DNA of 64,000 nucleotides from Candidatus Pacearchaeota archaeon UBA73. GTDB taxonomy: Archaea; Nanobdellota; Nanobdellia; Pacearchaeales; GW2011-AR1. How positions within the stretch are numbered: the stretch's first letter is position 1; each line of letters begins with the position of its first letter. Position numbers and translations under genes: made by a program. This document shows, one piece after another, positions 19,614 to 30,141 of the stretch. The DNA lies in assembly GCA_002496015.1 (NCBI GenBank), contig DAIF01000014.1, positions 891 through 64,890 of the forward strand, given 5' to 3'. The notes beneath the pieces are model-generated. The model was not told the DNA's origin. It worked only from the letters and a program-made list of their open reading frames with translations, and searched no databases.

Positions 19614-21272
19614 TTATTTATGAGTAAACCAAAATTCATAAACAACTTTTTTATTTTCTTTCTCTTTTTTATCAAGTCTACAAAAACCAAATCTCTCAAA
19701 TTGAATTAATTCTCCAACAGAAAGACTTTTCAGACCAATATCCCCAAACCCATTAATAAAATTTCCATTTGGCATAAATATTCGTACATCTACATAATCG
19801 GAAACCCATTGAATTCTCGGAACATCTTTGTTATCCACTGTAGTAAAAGTTGCATTTGGCAATCGATTTAATTGGATGTTAAAAAGATGCAAGAGCCTTA
19901 TTTCCTTGCCAGAGAATTCTTCAAAATCCTCACGGGATATATAAATCTGACCAACTTTAAGTTTTCTGGTATCATCAAAGTCCGGATGAACTTTAAGTTC
20001 AACTTCAGATACATTAGGACGATTATTAACTATTAATCCTATGGGATTCTGAACAAAAAAGTACCTCTTTGCCCGCGCATCGATTATTTTTCGGTTAATA
20101 GACGCGATCATATCGAAATCAAGATTTACTTGATGTCTAGACAGTCCAACTTGCTCAACAAGTCCGTAAATTGCTTCTTTCGTTATTCCCCTCCTCCTTA
20201 ACGCTCTCAGAGTGATAAGCCTCGGATCATCCCATCCGACTAGCTCACCAGATTCGACTAGCTCCCGAATTTCTCTGCCCTGAGTAGTAAAATCAATGAC
20301 ATTAAATCGACCATACTGAATAATCTTTTGCTTTCGAAGTCCAAGCAAATCTTTAATTTTATCCTGAAGTTCAATTCTCAGATCAAATTCATTACTTCGT
20401 AAAATAAGAGTCACACCCATCAAACTATCCTCGATAGGATTATAAAAATCATACATGGGCCAAACTTTATATTTATCCCCTTGTCTGTAATGCTTAACAG
20501 GTATTGCGCGAAACAAAACCGAATCCCTCATAACATGATTCTTGCTTTTCATATTTCCTTTTATCCTCAAAACCGCTTCACCCTTAGTATATTTTCCATC
20601 AACAAACTTTTTCCATTCATCTAAATTATTCTTCCTCGAATTTCTTCTACAGTCACAAGCTTGTCCCTTGTGTCGTAAATCCTGCATTTTATTCCTATCA
20701 CAAAAGCACATATACGCACGATTCATCCCGATAAGCTTCCTTGCATAATCATATAAAATTTCCATATCATCAGAGATAAACTTTACTCCGTCAACTTTTA
20801 TACCTAAATAATTTAAAACATCTTCTTTCATTGCATCAACATACTCCTGCGAAACCTTTTCAGGATTTGTGTCTTCGAATCTCAAAAAACACTTCCCATT
20901 ATATTTTCGAGCATATTGATAATTCAAGAGAAATGAAATAGCATGTCCTATATGGGCGTACTTAGAAGGCTCCGGTGCAATTCTGGTCACCACTTCATTT
21001 AACCCAGAAATATCGATGTCGGGCAGCATCTTATCCACAACTTCTCTTTCTTTGACAAATCCCTTAAACTTTTCAAATTCCTTTTCTCTTGCAGAAACAG
21101 ACATCTTATTTACTTCATCAACAATCTTCTGCAGCGAAGGCATTATCTTACCAATGTCTTTCTTATCCAACCCGTGATTAAACAACTTAGGCAAAACCTT
21201 ACCGACAACCGCTCTTCCATATTCAATCGCGTTCTTCAAAGCGTACGCCCACATTTCATTTTCCAGTTTCAT
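19614..21272 (-). CDS. gltX: Glutamate-tRNA ligase (archaeal type)
   Basis: RIAPEPSKYAHIGH, LRFEDTNP, WPMYDF, GWDDPRL, QFERFGF. Confidence 0.96.
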   Translation of the reverse strand: MKLENEMWAYALKNAIEYGRAVVGKVLPKLFNHGLDKKDIGKIMPSLQKIVDEVNKMSVSAREKEFEKFKGFVKEREVVDKMLPDIDISGLNEVVTRIAPEPSKYAHIGHAISFLLNYQYARKYNGKCFLRFEDTNPEKVSQEYVDAMKEDVLNYLGIKVDGVKFISDDMEILYDYARKLIGMNRAYMCFCDRNKMQDLRHKGQACDCRRNSRKNNLDEWKKFVDGKYTKGEAVLRIKGNMKSKNHVMRDSVLFRAIPVKHYRQGDKYKVWPMYDFYNPIEDSLMGVTLILRSNEFDLRIELQDKIKDLLGLRKQKIIQYGRFNVIDFTTQGREIRELVESGELVGWDDPRLITLRALRRRGITKEAIYGLVEQVGLSRHQVNLDFDMIASINRKIIDARAKRYFFVQNPIGLIVNNRPNVSEVELKVHPDFDDTRKLKVGQIYISREDFEEFSGKEIRLLHLFNIQLNRLPNATFTTVDNKDVPRIQWVSDYVDVRIFMPNGNFINGFGDIGLKSLSVGELIQFERFGFCRLDKKEKENKKVVYEFWFTHK

Positions 21273-21346
21273 AAAATCACCAAGAAAAGGAGTTATTTAA
21301 TCCTTACCACAGCAATCTTTATATAGAAACGCAGAGAAAATAAACA

Positions 21347-22849
21347 ATGCGTGAAAAAGGAGTTCTAGAGTTAGCGGCTCAAAACGGCGAAGCCCTGACT
21401 TTCGATGATGTGCGATTAAAAACAGATTTCAGCGGAGTGATGCCTGATGACGTTTCTCTTCATTCAAGATTTTCCAGAAACGTAGGACTAAAGATTCCAA
21501 TCGTAAGCGCTGCAATGGACACCGTTACAGAATACAAACTAGCAATAACTCTCGCAGAACTCGGAGGCATTGGAGTGATACACCGAAGTCTCTCTCCGGA
21601 TGAACAAGCTTCCCAAGTTGCAAGAGCAAAACATTACTTAAACGGCAAGATTGGAGCCCCCATCACTGTCCGCACAAGCGACACAATAGAACAAATTCTA
21701 AATATGAAAGCAAGAAGAGGTTTCAGCTTCAACAGTTTCCCGGTAACAGATAATGAAGGGCGGTTAGTGGGGATATTGACCGGAAACGACTTCACATTCT
21801 GTATTAATTCTGCACTTACCGCAGAACAAGTCATGACTCGTAATCCTCTAACAGCAAACCCCGATACGACAGTAGAGCAAGCCTACGCATTAATGACCGG
21901 GCAAAAAAAGAAAGCTCTCCCGCTAATAGACGAAAAAGGACAAATAAAAGGAATGTATGTTTTCAATGATGTAAGAAGAATAATCCATGGCGAAGCCACG
22001 CATTTCAACATAGATTCGAGGGGACAGTTAAGAGTGGGCGCAGCGATAGGCGTCGGAGAAGAAGCTCTCCTCCGAGCAGAAAAACTTGTAGCAAGAAACG
22101 TTGACGTTTTGGTAATTGACACTGCTCACGCAGATTCTCGCCCGGTTTATGAAACTTTAAAAGAACTCAAGAAAACCTACCCTTCCTTAGACGTAGTAGT
22201 CGGTAATGTTTCAGAACCAGAATCTGTAAAAAGATTAGCCGATGCAGGAGCTGATGGAATTAAGATAGGACAAGGTCCCGGCTCAATATGCACTACAAGA
22301 ATTATCGCAGGAGTCGGCTGTCCACAAGTGTCCGCGATTTATCAATGCGCAAAAATAGCAGACGACTTTGGAATTCCTCTTTGTGCTGACGGCGGACTAA
22401 AATATTCCGGTGATATCCCAATCGCAATTGCTGCGGGCGCCCATTCTGTTATGATGGGAAGTATGCTTGCAGGAGTTGACGAAGCTCCGGGAGAAATTGT
22501 TTTTGTAGACGGGGGACAATACAAAAGCTACCGAGGCATGGGTTCTTTGGGAGCAATGGCTGAAAGCCCAAGTGCAAGAGAAAGATATTCACAAACCGAA
22601 AGCGGCAAAGACAGGTTAGTTCCTGAAGGAGTGGAGGGCTTAGTTCCTTACAAAGGAAAACTCGCACTCGTAATACATCAATACATCGGCGGCCTGCGCA
22701 GAGGTATGGGCTACGTCGGAGCAGAAAACATTGAAGAACTAAGAGAAAAGGGAGAGTTCATGAGAATAACACAATCTGGAATGAGAGAATCTCGCCCCCA
22801 CGATATAAAACTAACAAAGGAGCCGCCAAACTATCCGGTAGGAAGGTAA
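21347..22849 (+). CDS. guaB: IMP dehydrogenase with CBS pair
   Basis: [35 protein letters not shown]. Confidence 0.97.
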   Translation: MREKGVLELAAQNGEALTFDDVRLKTDFSGVMPDDVSLHSRFSRNVGLKIPIVSAAMDTVTEYKLAITLAELGGIGVIHRSLSPDEQASQVARAKHYLNGKIGAPITVRTSDTIEQILNMKARRGFSFNSFPVTDNEGRLVGILTGNDFTFCINSALTAEQVMTRNPLTANPDTTVEQAYALMTGQKKKALPLIDEKGQIKGMYVFNDVRRIIHGEATHFNIDSRGQLRVGAAIGVGEEALLRAEKLVARNVDVLVIDTAHADSRPVYETLKELKKTYPSLDVVVGNVSEPESVKRLADAGADGIKIGQGPGSICTTRIIAGVGCPQVSAIYQCAKIADDFGIPLCADGGLKYSGDIPIAIAAGAHSVMMGSMLAGVDEAPGEIVFVDGGQYKSYRGMGSLGAMAESPSARERYSQTESGKDRLVPEGVEGLVPYKGKLALVIHQYIGGLRRGMGYVGAENIEELREKGEFMRITQSGMRESRPHDIKLTKEPPNYPVGR

Positions 22850-24345
22850 TGGGAATAGACAAATTACTTGATGGTGTAAAAACCATTGCAGTCGTCTGCA
22901 ACCAATGGGGCGACACTGGCAAAGGCAAATTCACAGATTATCTTACTGCGGACTGGGCAGACGTTATCGCTCGCGGAACAGGCGGCAATAATGCAGGTCA
23001 TACAGTAGTAGTCAATGGCAAAGAAAAAGTATTTCATCTCCTTCCTACAGGAATCGCCCACGACTCAGCCGGAAAAATAACTATCCTTGGCAACGGCATG
23101 GTAATAGACCCGCTGGCACTCGTAGCAGAAATAGATGAACTGAACAGAGAATGTGCAACATACAATAACTTGATGATAAGCAAAGACGCTCACGCCATCA
23201 TGCCATGGCACATTGCAACAGACCGAGCAAAATACCAGAGCCAGTCAGATGGCGGCATCGGCTCAACAGGAAAGGGCATCGGCCCATGCTACGAAGACAA
23301 AATCGGAAGAAGAGGAATAACTATCGGCCATCTCCTGAACCGCGACGTCCTAGCAGAAAAAATAAAAAGAGCTAAAGAAACCCATCCGGAGCAACAAATA
23401 GATGTAGAAAAAGTTATCTCCGATTTAACTCCGGCAATAGAAAGAATAACACCTTTCGTAAGAGACACCGTCAACGAAATGCATGATTTCATAAGAGCAG
23501 GAAGACACGTTTTGCTCGAAGGAGCGCAGGGACTGCTCCTCAGCATAGAACATGGAACAGATCGTTACGTTACCTCCTCAGACTGCTCCTTAAACGGAAC
23601 TGCCTCTGGCGTTGGAATTTCTGCCAAAGCAATAGACCTCCCGTTAGGAATAGTAAAATTTCCTTTTATGACTCGGGTTGGAGCCGGGCCATTCCCGACA
23701 GAATTCGCAGGACGCGATCAGGAAGACTACTGCGCAGAGGGGCTGAAGCACGACATTTTCTACGAAGCAAAAGTATATCTTGGAATGCCTCTCGACCTGG
23801 CAGAAGTCAGAGGAGCCCAACAAAAAAGAAACCGCACCTTCCTCGAATCACTAGAAAGAGAAGTAAAGTCTTATATTGCTCAACACAGAGATAAAATTGT
23901 TGACTTATTCAACAACGGATCTGAATTTGAACAGGGAGTAGCAATCCGCCTTGCCGCAGGCGAATATGGCACCACAACAGGACGTCCAAGAAGAACTGGC
24001 TGGACAGATGCCGTAGCCGCAAGATACGCAGTCGGCATAAACGGACCGAAGTTAATACTTACAAAAGTTGATGCCTTAGCAGGCATGCGCGAATTCAACA
24101 TAACTTGCGAATACGCGATAGGAGAACATGTGACTTCTGAATTCTCAAGAGAAAGCGGGTCCTTACGACAAGTACAACCGGTTAACATCACATACAATGG
24201 TTATGGAGAAATTAGAGACATCAGAGATTATGATAACCTGCCAAGAAGTTTAAGACGGGCAATATCTGATTTCGAGCACCTAACCGGAGGCGAAGTAGTA
24301 ATAGTCTCGGTCGGCCCGGACCGCGATGAGACGATAGTCCGCTAA
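22849..24345 (+). CDS. purA: Adenylosuccinate synthetase (with internal insertion)
   Basis: QWGDTGKGK, GGNNAGHT, LEGAQG, TRVGAGPFPTE, EYGTTTGRPRR. Confidence 0.96.
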   Translation: MGIDKLLDGVKTIAVVCNQWGDTGKGKFTDYLTADWADVIARGTGGNNAGHTVVVNGKEKVFHLLPTGIAHDSAGKITILGNGMVIDPLALVAEIDELNRECATYNNLMISKDAHAIMPWHIATDRAKYQSQSDGGIGSTGKGIGPCYEDKIGRRGITIGHLLNRDVLAEKIKRAKETHPEQQIDVEKVISDLTPAIERITPFVRDTVNEMHDFIRAGRHVLLEGAQGLLLSIEHGTDRYVTSSDCSLNGTASGVGISAKAIDLPLGIVKFPFMTRVGAGPFPTEFAGRDQEDYCAEGLKHDIFYEAKVYLGMPLDLAEVRGAQQKRNRTFLESLEREVKSYIAQHRDKIVDLFNNGSEFEQGVAIRLAAGEYGTTTGRPRRTGWTDAVAARYAVGINGPKLILTKVDALAGMREFNITCEYAIGEHVTSEFSRESGSLRQVQPVNITYNGYGEIRDIRDYDNLPRSLRRAISDFEHLTGGEVVIVSVGPDRDETIVR

Positions 24346-24716
24346 CCAAGCCGGGAAATTTTATCTTCCAAAACTCTTATTTTATATTCCAAATCTTCTA
24401 TCTTATTTTTCAAACCCTGAATCTCAAGATTATCTCCTGAAACGCTGACAGGTTCACTCGACGACGCAGCAGCCGACGAAGCCAGCGAATCCAAAAAACC
24501 TAATGCACTCACCCCGCCCCCCGAAGAGTAACTGGGTATCCCTTCCGAAGCAACAGAAGGCGAAGGCGCAGCCGAAACACCCAAATCAACGTATCCTTGA
24601 GAATTAACTCTCACAGGCATTTCAACATTCTTTTCAGGAATGTTCAGAATCCCTTTCTTCTGCAATGTCGTAAAATCCAAAACATCAACACCCTTCTCTT
24701 TTTTAAAAATAGGCAT
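24342..24716 (-). CDS. Hypothetical protein with C-terminal coiled coil
   Basis: ORF with Ser-rich linker and heptad repeats. Confidence 0.7.
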   Translation of the reverse strand: MPIFKKEKGVDVLDFTTLQKKGILNIPEKNVEMPVRVNSQGYVDLGVSAAPSPSVASEGIPSYSSGGGVSALGFLDSLASSAAASSSEPVSVSGDNLEIQGLKNKIEDLEYKIRVLEDKISRLG

Positions 24717-24796
24717 ATCAAATTAAAATAACAATTTTATTTAAACCTTCTGAAAACAACAGCAACCTTTAAAAACCAACTTTTTCTCATCTCGCA

Positions 24797-25105
24797 ATGG
24801 CAAAAGTAAGAATCAAACTCAATAGTATAGAAATCGCCCCGATTAATCAAGTTATAGAATCAATTAGAGAAATCACTCAAAGAGCCGGAGTCGTCATGAG
24901 AGGTCCGATTCCCTTGCCGACGAGAAAACTCAAAGTCACGACGAGAAAATCTCCTTGTGGTGCAGGAACTGCAACATTCGACCGATTCGAAATGCGAGTC
25001 CATCGCCGAATAATTGACATCCCTGCCGAAGACCGAATTCTCCACCCAATAATGAAACTCCAAATTCCGCGTTCTGTCCAAATCAAAATCGAGATGAAGG
25101 ATTAA
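24797..25105 (+). CDS. rpsJ: 30S ribosomal protein S10 (uS10)
   Basis: GPIPLPTRKLKVTTRKSPCG...FEMRVHRRIIDI. Confidence 0.97.
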   Translation: MAKVRIKLNSIEIAPINQVIESIREITQRAGVVMRGPIPLPTRKLKVTTRKSPCGAGTATFDRFEMRVHRRIIDIPAEDRILHPIMKLQIPRSVQIKIEMKD

Positions 25106-25140
25106 ATTAAGAACAGCAAATTTGATATTATTTTAAATAT

Positions 25141-25587
25141 TTAATAGATTACAGTAACTATCGAAGGCATTTCTTGTTTTCTCGCAAGAACATCGCGGCA
25201 AGCGAGATAAAAATCCCCACCTGTGCTGCCTTGTTCAAGTTGCGCGGCTATGTCTAATATCTCTCTGGCTTTTGTTGGGTCGCGGGTGACATCTGCTTCT
25301 GCATACGGTTGATCATGAAGCATTTCTTCAAGATGCCGGACGGCCAACACCCCCCCAGATTGTCTGAGTTCTACACGATACAGTCTCGGCTGTGAAAATA
25401 TTTGTAAAGCAGCCATTCCACCAACATCAACTGTCTCTGCTCCGTTGTTTTGTAAATTAGCACGTAGGCGTTCGTGATATGTAAGCAAAACTCTTCCGGG
25501 AGAAGGATCTACCTTGACTAAAACATAATCTGTTTTAGTTCCGCCAAGAAGAATTTCTCTTTCCTGTTCTGCCGTTAATTGTTCCAT
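25141..25587 (-). CDS. Hypothetical protein
   Basis: 148-aa ORF. Confidence 0.65.
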   Translation of the reverse strand: MEQLTAEQEREILLGGTKTDYVLVKVDPSPGRVLLTYHERLRANLQNNGAETVDVGGMAALQIFSQPRLYRVELRQSGGVLAVRHLEEMLHDQPYAEADVTRDPTKAREILDIAAQLEQGSTGGDFYLACRDVLARKQEMPSIVTVIY

Positions 25588-25721
25588 GATTTTATGAATA
25601 CATCCTGTTTAAAAATTTAACCATTATCGGGTTTTGTTGAAAAAGTTCGAACTGCACAGAAAAAATTTCAACAAGTCGAAATCAGCTAAATCTTTAAATA
25701 ACTTAATAACAATAAAGATTA

Positions 25722-26171
25722 ATGGAAAAAGAGGAAACCAGATTTTTTCAAGATATTAACAAGTTCAATGAAATATACAAACTTCCAATCAACGAAAAAC
25801 CAACTCTTCTCGGAATCGAACGACTTGAAAATTTCAAAAATGTCTTTCAGGAAGAAGTAAACGAAATAGATGAAATCATAGCGCAATACAAAGAAAAAGA
25901 AAATTCCCTATCTGAAGAAGACAAAATCCAGCTCCTTACCGAATTATCAGACTGGCTCGGCGACATGGTAGTTTACATCGCATCCGAATGCAAAAAGCAC
26001 GGAATAGACCTCAACAAAACTCTCGAAATAATCATGCAGTCCAATTTCAGCAAACTCGATACAAACGGCAACCCAATCTACGACGAACGGGGCAAAGTTA
26101 TGAAAGGTCCAAATTACTGGAAACCCGAACCAAAAATATCCGAACACATTAAAGAAAAGCTATCTATTTAA
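25722..26171 (+). CDS. MazG-like NTP pyrophosphohydrolase (DR2231-like, possible dUTPase)
   Basis: EEVNE, D.LGDMVV, SNFSKLD.NGNPIY...GKVMKGPNY. Confidence 0.82.
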   Translation: MEKEETRFFQDINKFNEIYKLPINEKPTLLGIERLENFKNVFQEEVNEIDEIIAQYKEKENSLSEEDKIQLLTELSDWLGDMVVYIASECKKHGIDLNKTLEIIMQSNFSKLDTNGNPIYDERGKVMKGPNYWKPEPKISEHIKEKLSI

Positions 26172-27945
26172 CAGCCCGCTTAGCTTTCTCTCTTCTAATA
26201 AAACCATTAACCTGTTCAGGCAACCTATTCAATGGATAATGCTCTCCATCGTATGGAATCAATCCCCTAAAAGAAGGCATTACTCCCAAAACTTGCTCGA
26301 TTTCTTGTCTGGCAATTTCTCTGTAAGAATCAGCTCCAGCAGGCTGCGTTCTCAAACCAGCTTCATAAAAACACTGCGTCGGATCTTTCGTCACAACATG
26401 CCTTATCGTATTTGCCATAACAGGAACATATTCCGCAGCCTCGTGATAACCCGCAAGTTTCAAATCGTCTGACAATGCTCTTACTCTTTCCATCAAACTC
26501 CTGAACATATCACCCAACTCCATCTCCCCAATTTCCGACCTCATGTGAAAACCGGTTACAGTATACGGTCCTAGCTGTTGTCTATCTCCCCTCTGCCTCT
26601 GCAAATCTCTCATCGCCCCAATATCATAATTCCTCTCGAAAGTAAATGTCCCCACTTCCGCAACTTTCGAAAACAAGTCATGACTTCTCATCCCGGCAAC
26701 ATACCCCTCCGCAATTTTTCTGCGTTCAGAAAAATCAAGCCCCCTGACACGTTTCCTCAAATTCTCAAAAGAAACACTGCCGTCAGAACCATGGAACAAA
26801 ATACTCGCTAAAATTAAATCCTCAATGTCTGGAGTATGCGCAATCAGTTTAGACTCTAACGACATCTCTCCATAAGGAACAGATGGATTGTGAGGTTCCC
26901 CGATAAATTTTTCAAACAAAACTCTCTGCCTTTCAGATTCGGAAGCAACAAACTCGCTCGGCCCGCCATACTTCATCAGCGTCGGAGAAATCTTCATCGC
27001 TTCAATCTGCGCAGCCTTCCCCAAAACTCTCAGTTCAGCTAATTCAGATGACTGCCACTCAGTCAGCATATCCTGAAATCTCCTTGTGTTCAAAGTTATC
27101 CCAAGAGAAGTCGTCATATTCTGCGGTAGCAAAGACCTCGCCAAATCAAACGCTTTCTCGGCTATCGCTTTCTCCCAAGCCCCGCCAGGCAATCTTGCAT
27201 AAGGGTCTTCTAATTCCCTTTGTATTTGCCTGTCTGCCTCATCACGCAAATGCGCATACTTCAAAGCAAGAAATCTCTTGCCTTTTTCAAAAACCTCGTC
27301 GTAAAGTGCAAATAATTCTCTATCAAGCGCAAGCATCTTTTCTTCATACCCCGTTCCCCGAATCTCAAAGGGCACTCCAACGCTATTAACCGAAGCCACC
27401 GTTGCCCTAGTTGAAATTTCTTGATAAGCTCCTTCCCGCGCTTTCTCTAAGGGTTTTGTAGCTCTCTGACTAACTCCTTCCATACAAATTCTAATGACTC
27501 CGGAATCCCTCAAAGAAGCGTGTCCATAATCAACGCCATACTCTTTTATCCATTTTCCGGCTCTAGCAAGATGTGCCTCGAGCGCTCCCCGAATGTCTCC
27601 TTGTCGCCGAATCATTTCAGCAAATTCTTCTAAATCCAAAACCCTGCCGCTTTCGTCTTTTTCCTTAACATCCCTAAAAAGCTGCAGCAATCTATCCCGT
27701 GCAGTTACATTGCTCCGCGCATACTGCCCCATCAACAACGCCCACAATTCTCCAGGCATGTTATCAGTCGCGCAATAAACATTCGACTCCGTATTGGTAA
27801 AGAAATACCCTAAAACAGTTCTCTCGTCGTCACTATAATCCCTTCTTCCCCGAAACTTCCCAATCCCGCTAAATCCGGGTCTCACACTGTCGCCGTCAAA
27901 AAACCGCGCAAACAATTTATTATCACCATCTCTTAACAAAACCAT
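26164..27945 (-). CDS. thyX: FAD-dependent thymidylate synthase, tandem two-domain form
   Basis: GQYARS, YGHASL, YQEISTR, FDLARSLLP, RDLQRQR, LRTQPAG..SYR. Confidence 0.85.
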   Translation of the reverse strand: MVLLRDGDNKLFARFFDGDSVRPGFSGIGKFRGRRDYSDDERTVLGYFFTNTESNVYCATDNMPGELWALLMGQYARSNVTARDRLLQLFRDVKEKDESGRVLDLEEFAEMIRRQGDIRGALEAHLARAGKWIKEYGVDYGHASLRDSGVIRICMEGVSQRATKPLEKAREGAYQEISTRATVASVNSVGVPFEIRGTGYEEKMLALDRELFALYDEVFEKGKRFLALKYAHLRDEADRQIQRELEDPYARLPGGAWEKAIAEKAFDLARSLLPQNMTTSLGITLNTRRFQDMLTEWQSSELAELRVLGKAAQIEAMKISPTLMKYGGPSEFVASESERQRVLFEKFIGEPHNPSVPYGEMSLESKLIAHTPDIEDLILASILFHGSDGSVSFENLRKRVRGLDFSERRKIAEGYVAGMRSHDLFSKVAEVGTFTFERNYDIGAMRDLQRQRGDRQQLGPYTVTGFHMRSEIGEMELGDMFRSLMERVRALSDDLKLAGYHEAAEYVPVMANTIRHVVTKDPTQCFYEAGLRTQPAGADSYREIARQEIEQVLGVMPSFRGLIPYDGEHYPLNRLPEQVNGFIRREKAKRAVK

Positions 27946-28043
27946 TCCGAACAAAAAATAAAATACTATTTAAACATCATTCCGAACAAAACCATATTTC
28001 CAATTATCATAATCTTTTATAATCTCCAAAATAAAACCTTACG

Positions 28044-28721
28044 ATGAGGAAAAGAGGACACCAATACAAAGGATTTCTTGCACACTTCGACGGCCCAGAC
28101 GGAGGCGGCAAAGGAACTCAAATGGACTGGGCAGAAAAATATCTTAGAAACAATGGATACGTGGTCAGTAGATTCCGCGATCCCGGTGGAACGGAAGTTG
28201 GAGATCAAATTAGAAGAGTTCTACTTCACCTCGACACCAAAGAAATGAAACCTGAAACTGAAGTATTCTTATTCATGGCTTCAAGAGTTCAATTGGTCAG
28301 AGAAAAAATCCAGCCAGCGCTAGAAAGAGGCGAAGTAGTCTTATTAGACCGATTCGTAGACGCCACGCGCGCATATCAAGGAACTGCAGGCAAGGTCCCT
28401 GTGAAATACATAGACCAGCTCGCAAAACTCGCAACAAACCACCTCTCACCAGATAGATCTTATTTCCTAGACGTTCCTGCAGAAACGGGGCTAAAGAGAA
28501 TTGATAGAGAAAAAGATAGGATAGAGAGTAAGGCGTTAGAATACCATCAAGCAGTTAGACAAGGATTCCTTAAGATTGCAGCAAGAGAACATGGAAGAGT
28601 CCTAGTCTTAGACGGAACACAAGATCCTAAGGTTATCCACCAACAAATCGTTAACGACTTAGAAACTCGCCTAACAAAACACCAGCAAGTATACCGGCTG
28701 CTCAGGACAAGCCAAGATTAA
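28044..28721 (+). CDS. tmk: dTMP kinase
   Basis: [21 protein letters not shown]...AYQG. Confidence 0.93.
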   Translation: MRKRGHQYKGFLAHFDGPDGGGKGTQMDWAEKYLRNNGYVVSRFRDPGGTEVGDQIRRVLLHLDTKEMKPETEVFLFMASRVQLVREKIQPALERGEVVLLDRFVDATRAYQGTAGKVPVKYIDQLAKLATNHLSPDRSYFLDVPAETGLKRIDREKDRIESKALEYHQAVRQGFLKIAAREHGRVLVLDGTQDPKVIHQQIVNDLETRLTKHQQVYRLLRTSQD

Positions 28722-29266
28722 TCCTCCAACAACACAGCAACCGCAACCACCGTCGTCCACATTCCATCCTTGTTCCCTTCAGCAGACTGCGTAAGCTCCA
28801 TCGTCCTAAGAATTTGCCCGCTGGTTTTGTAAACCTGTTCGCGCTCGTCCCACGCCTTATCAGAATCAAACTCAATTCCCAAGGTCGTCGCAAGCATCGT
28901 CGCAGCCAAATCCTCCGCATACTCCCCGGATTTTTTAGCAGTCTCTCCAAAAGCATGATGCTCCGATAGATAACCATAATGATTCGCCCTGTCCTTCGGA
29001 ATTGCAACCCCAATTGCCGCGCTCACCAACCTATTTGGTTCATTTGTCTCGCTCCTTGCCATAACACAAAATGTAATCTGCCCTGCTTTCAAACACCTCA
29101 ACCCTTCCTCCTTAGAAATAATCTTGCAGTCTGGAGGCAAAATCGAAGATACATAAACCAAATTGCACTTTTCAATTCCCGCATTCCGCAAAGCCAGTTC
29201 AAAAGCCTGAAGTTTGTTCTTATGCACCCCAACGCCTTTCGTCAGAAACATTCGTTTTGGAACCAT
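28718..29266 (-). CDS. pdaD: Pyruvoyl-dependent arginine decarboxylase
   Basis: [10 protein letters not shown]...[18 protein letters not shown]. Confidence 0.93.
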   Translation of the reverse strand: MVPKRMFLTKGVGVHKNKLQAFELALRNAGIEKCNLVYVSSILPPDCKIISKEEGLRCLKAGQITFCVMARSETNEPNRLVSAAIGVAIPKDRANHYGYLSEHHAFGETAKKSGEYAEDLAATMLATTLGIEFDSDKAWDEREQVYKTSGQILRTMELTQSAEGNKDGMWTTVVAVAVLLED

Positions 29267-29319
29267 CGAATCTTGAATAAAAAATAAATCTTTTTAAAAC
29301 TTTCCACACTTAAAACAAG

Positions 29320-30093
29320 ATGGAACACCAGTATCTAAAAAACATCAAACCCGGAATAAAAGTAGAAATACTCACAAGCCAACATCGAATCTCGACTGGG
29401 ATCGTGGAGGAAATAGCGGCAAGGAACCATTTCCACAAGGACGGCATAATGGTCCGCCTCAAAAACGGCGACGTGGGACGCGTCCAAAAAATCCTGCTGA
29501 CAGAACAACAGCAAAACGACATCGCCGCGCACGAACTAAAAGAAATAATCAAAAAAGGAGAAAACTTCAGCACCGAGTTCAAGTCAGAAGCACTCTGGAG
29601 TATAACTCTCAATCCCCAACAACTAAAAGAAACAAAATCATTTGAAATCCGAGAGTATGGCACACGTGCCTCAAAAATCATCATCGCAAAATCAATCGCC
29701 GCATTCATGAACTCTGAAGGAGGCAGCCTCGTAATCGGAGTCAAGGAAAAAAAAGAAAAAGAAATATTTGAGCTTCACGGTCTGGAAGAAGACTTCAAAA
29801 AACTTCGAATAAACACAAAAGATGAATATCGCAGAATTGTCATCGACGAAATAATCCGCACTTTCTTCCCGCCCAAAATATTCAACCATCTAAACAATCA
29901 CCTTGAAATGAAATTCGTCGAAATAGAAAACAAAACACTCTTTTGGATAAAGATAAAACCCTCCGATTCAAGGGTATTCCTTAACATAAACAACAAAGAT
30001 ATCTTTATGATTCGCGTTGATTCAGAAAACAGAACTCTCGAAGGGGAAAAACTAGTCGACTACTGCATAAAAAAATGGGGCAATCGCAATTAG
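29320..30093 (+). CDS. YwbE (DUF2196)-like domain fused to an AlbA_2/Schlafen-like domain
   Basis: GIVEEI...H.DGIMVRLKNGDVGRVQ; ENFSTEFKS...AAFMNSEGGSLVIGV. Confidence 0.75.
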   Translation: MEHQYLKNIKPGIKVEILTSQHRISTGIVEEIAARNHFHKDGIMVRLKNGDVGRVQKILLTEQQQNDIAAHELKEIIKKGENFSTEFKSEALWSITLNPQQLKETKSFEIREYGTRASKIIIAKSIAAFMNSEGGSLVIGVKEKKEKEIFELHGLEEDFKKLRINTKDEYRRIVIDEIIRTFFPPKIFNHLNNHLEMKFVEIENKTLFWIKIKPSDSRVFLNINNKDIFMIRVDSENRTLEGEKLVDYCIKKWGNRN

Positions 30094-30141
30094 ATTCCAT
30101 TGAGAAAATTTTGTATCAGGCGAAGCCGGGGTTCAGTCATA

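Noticed and set aside
22849-24345. PurZ (diaminopurine pathway) or an intein in purA
   Set aside because: The catalytic Asp in GDxGKG is retained; the insert lacks a C/S start and HN end
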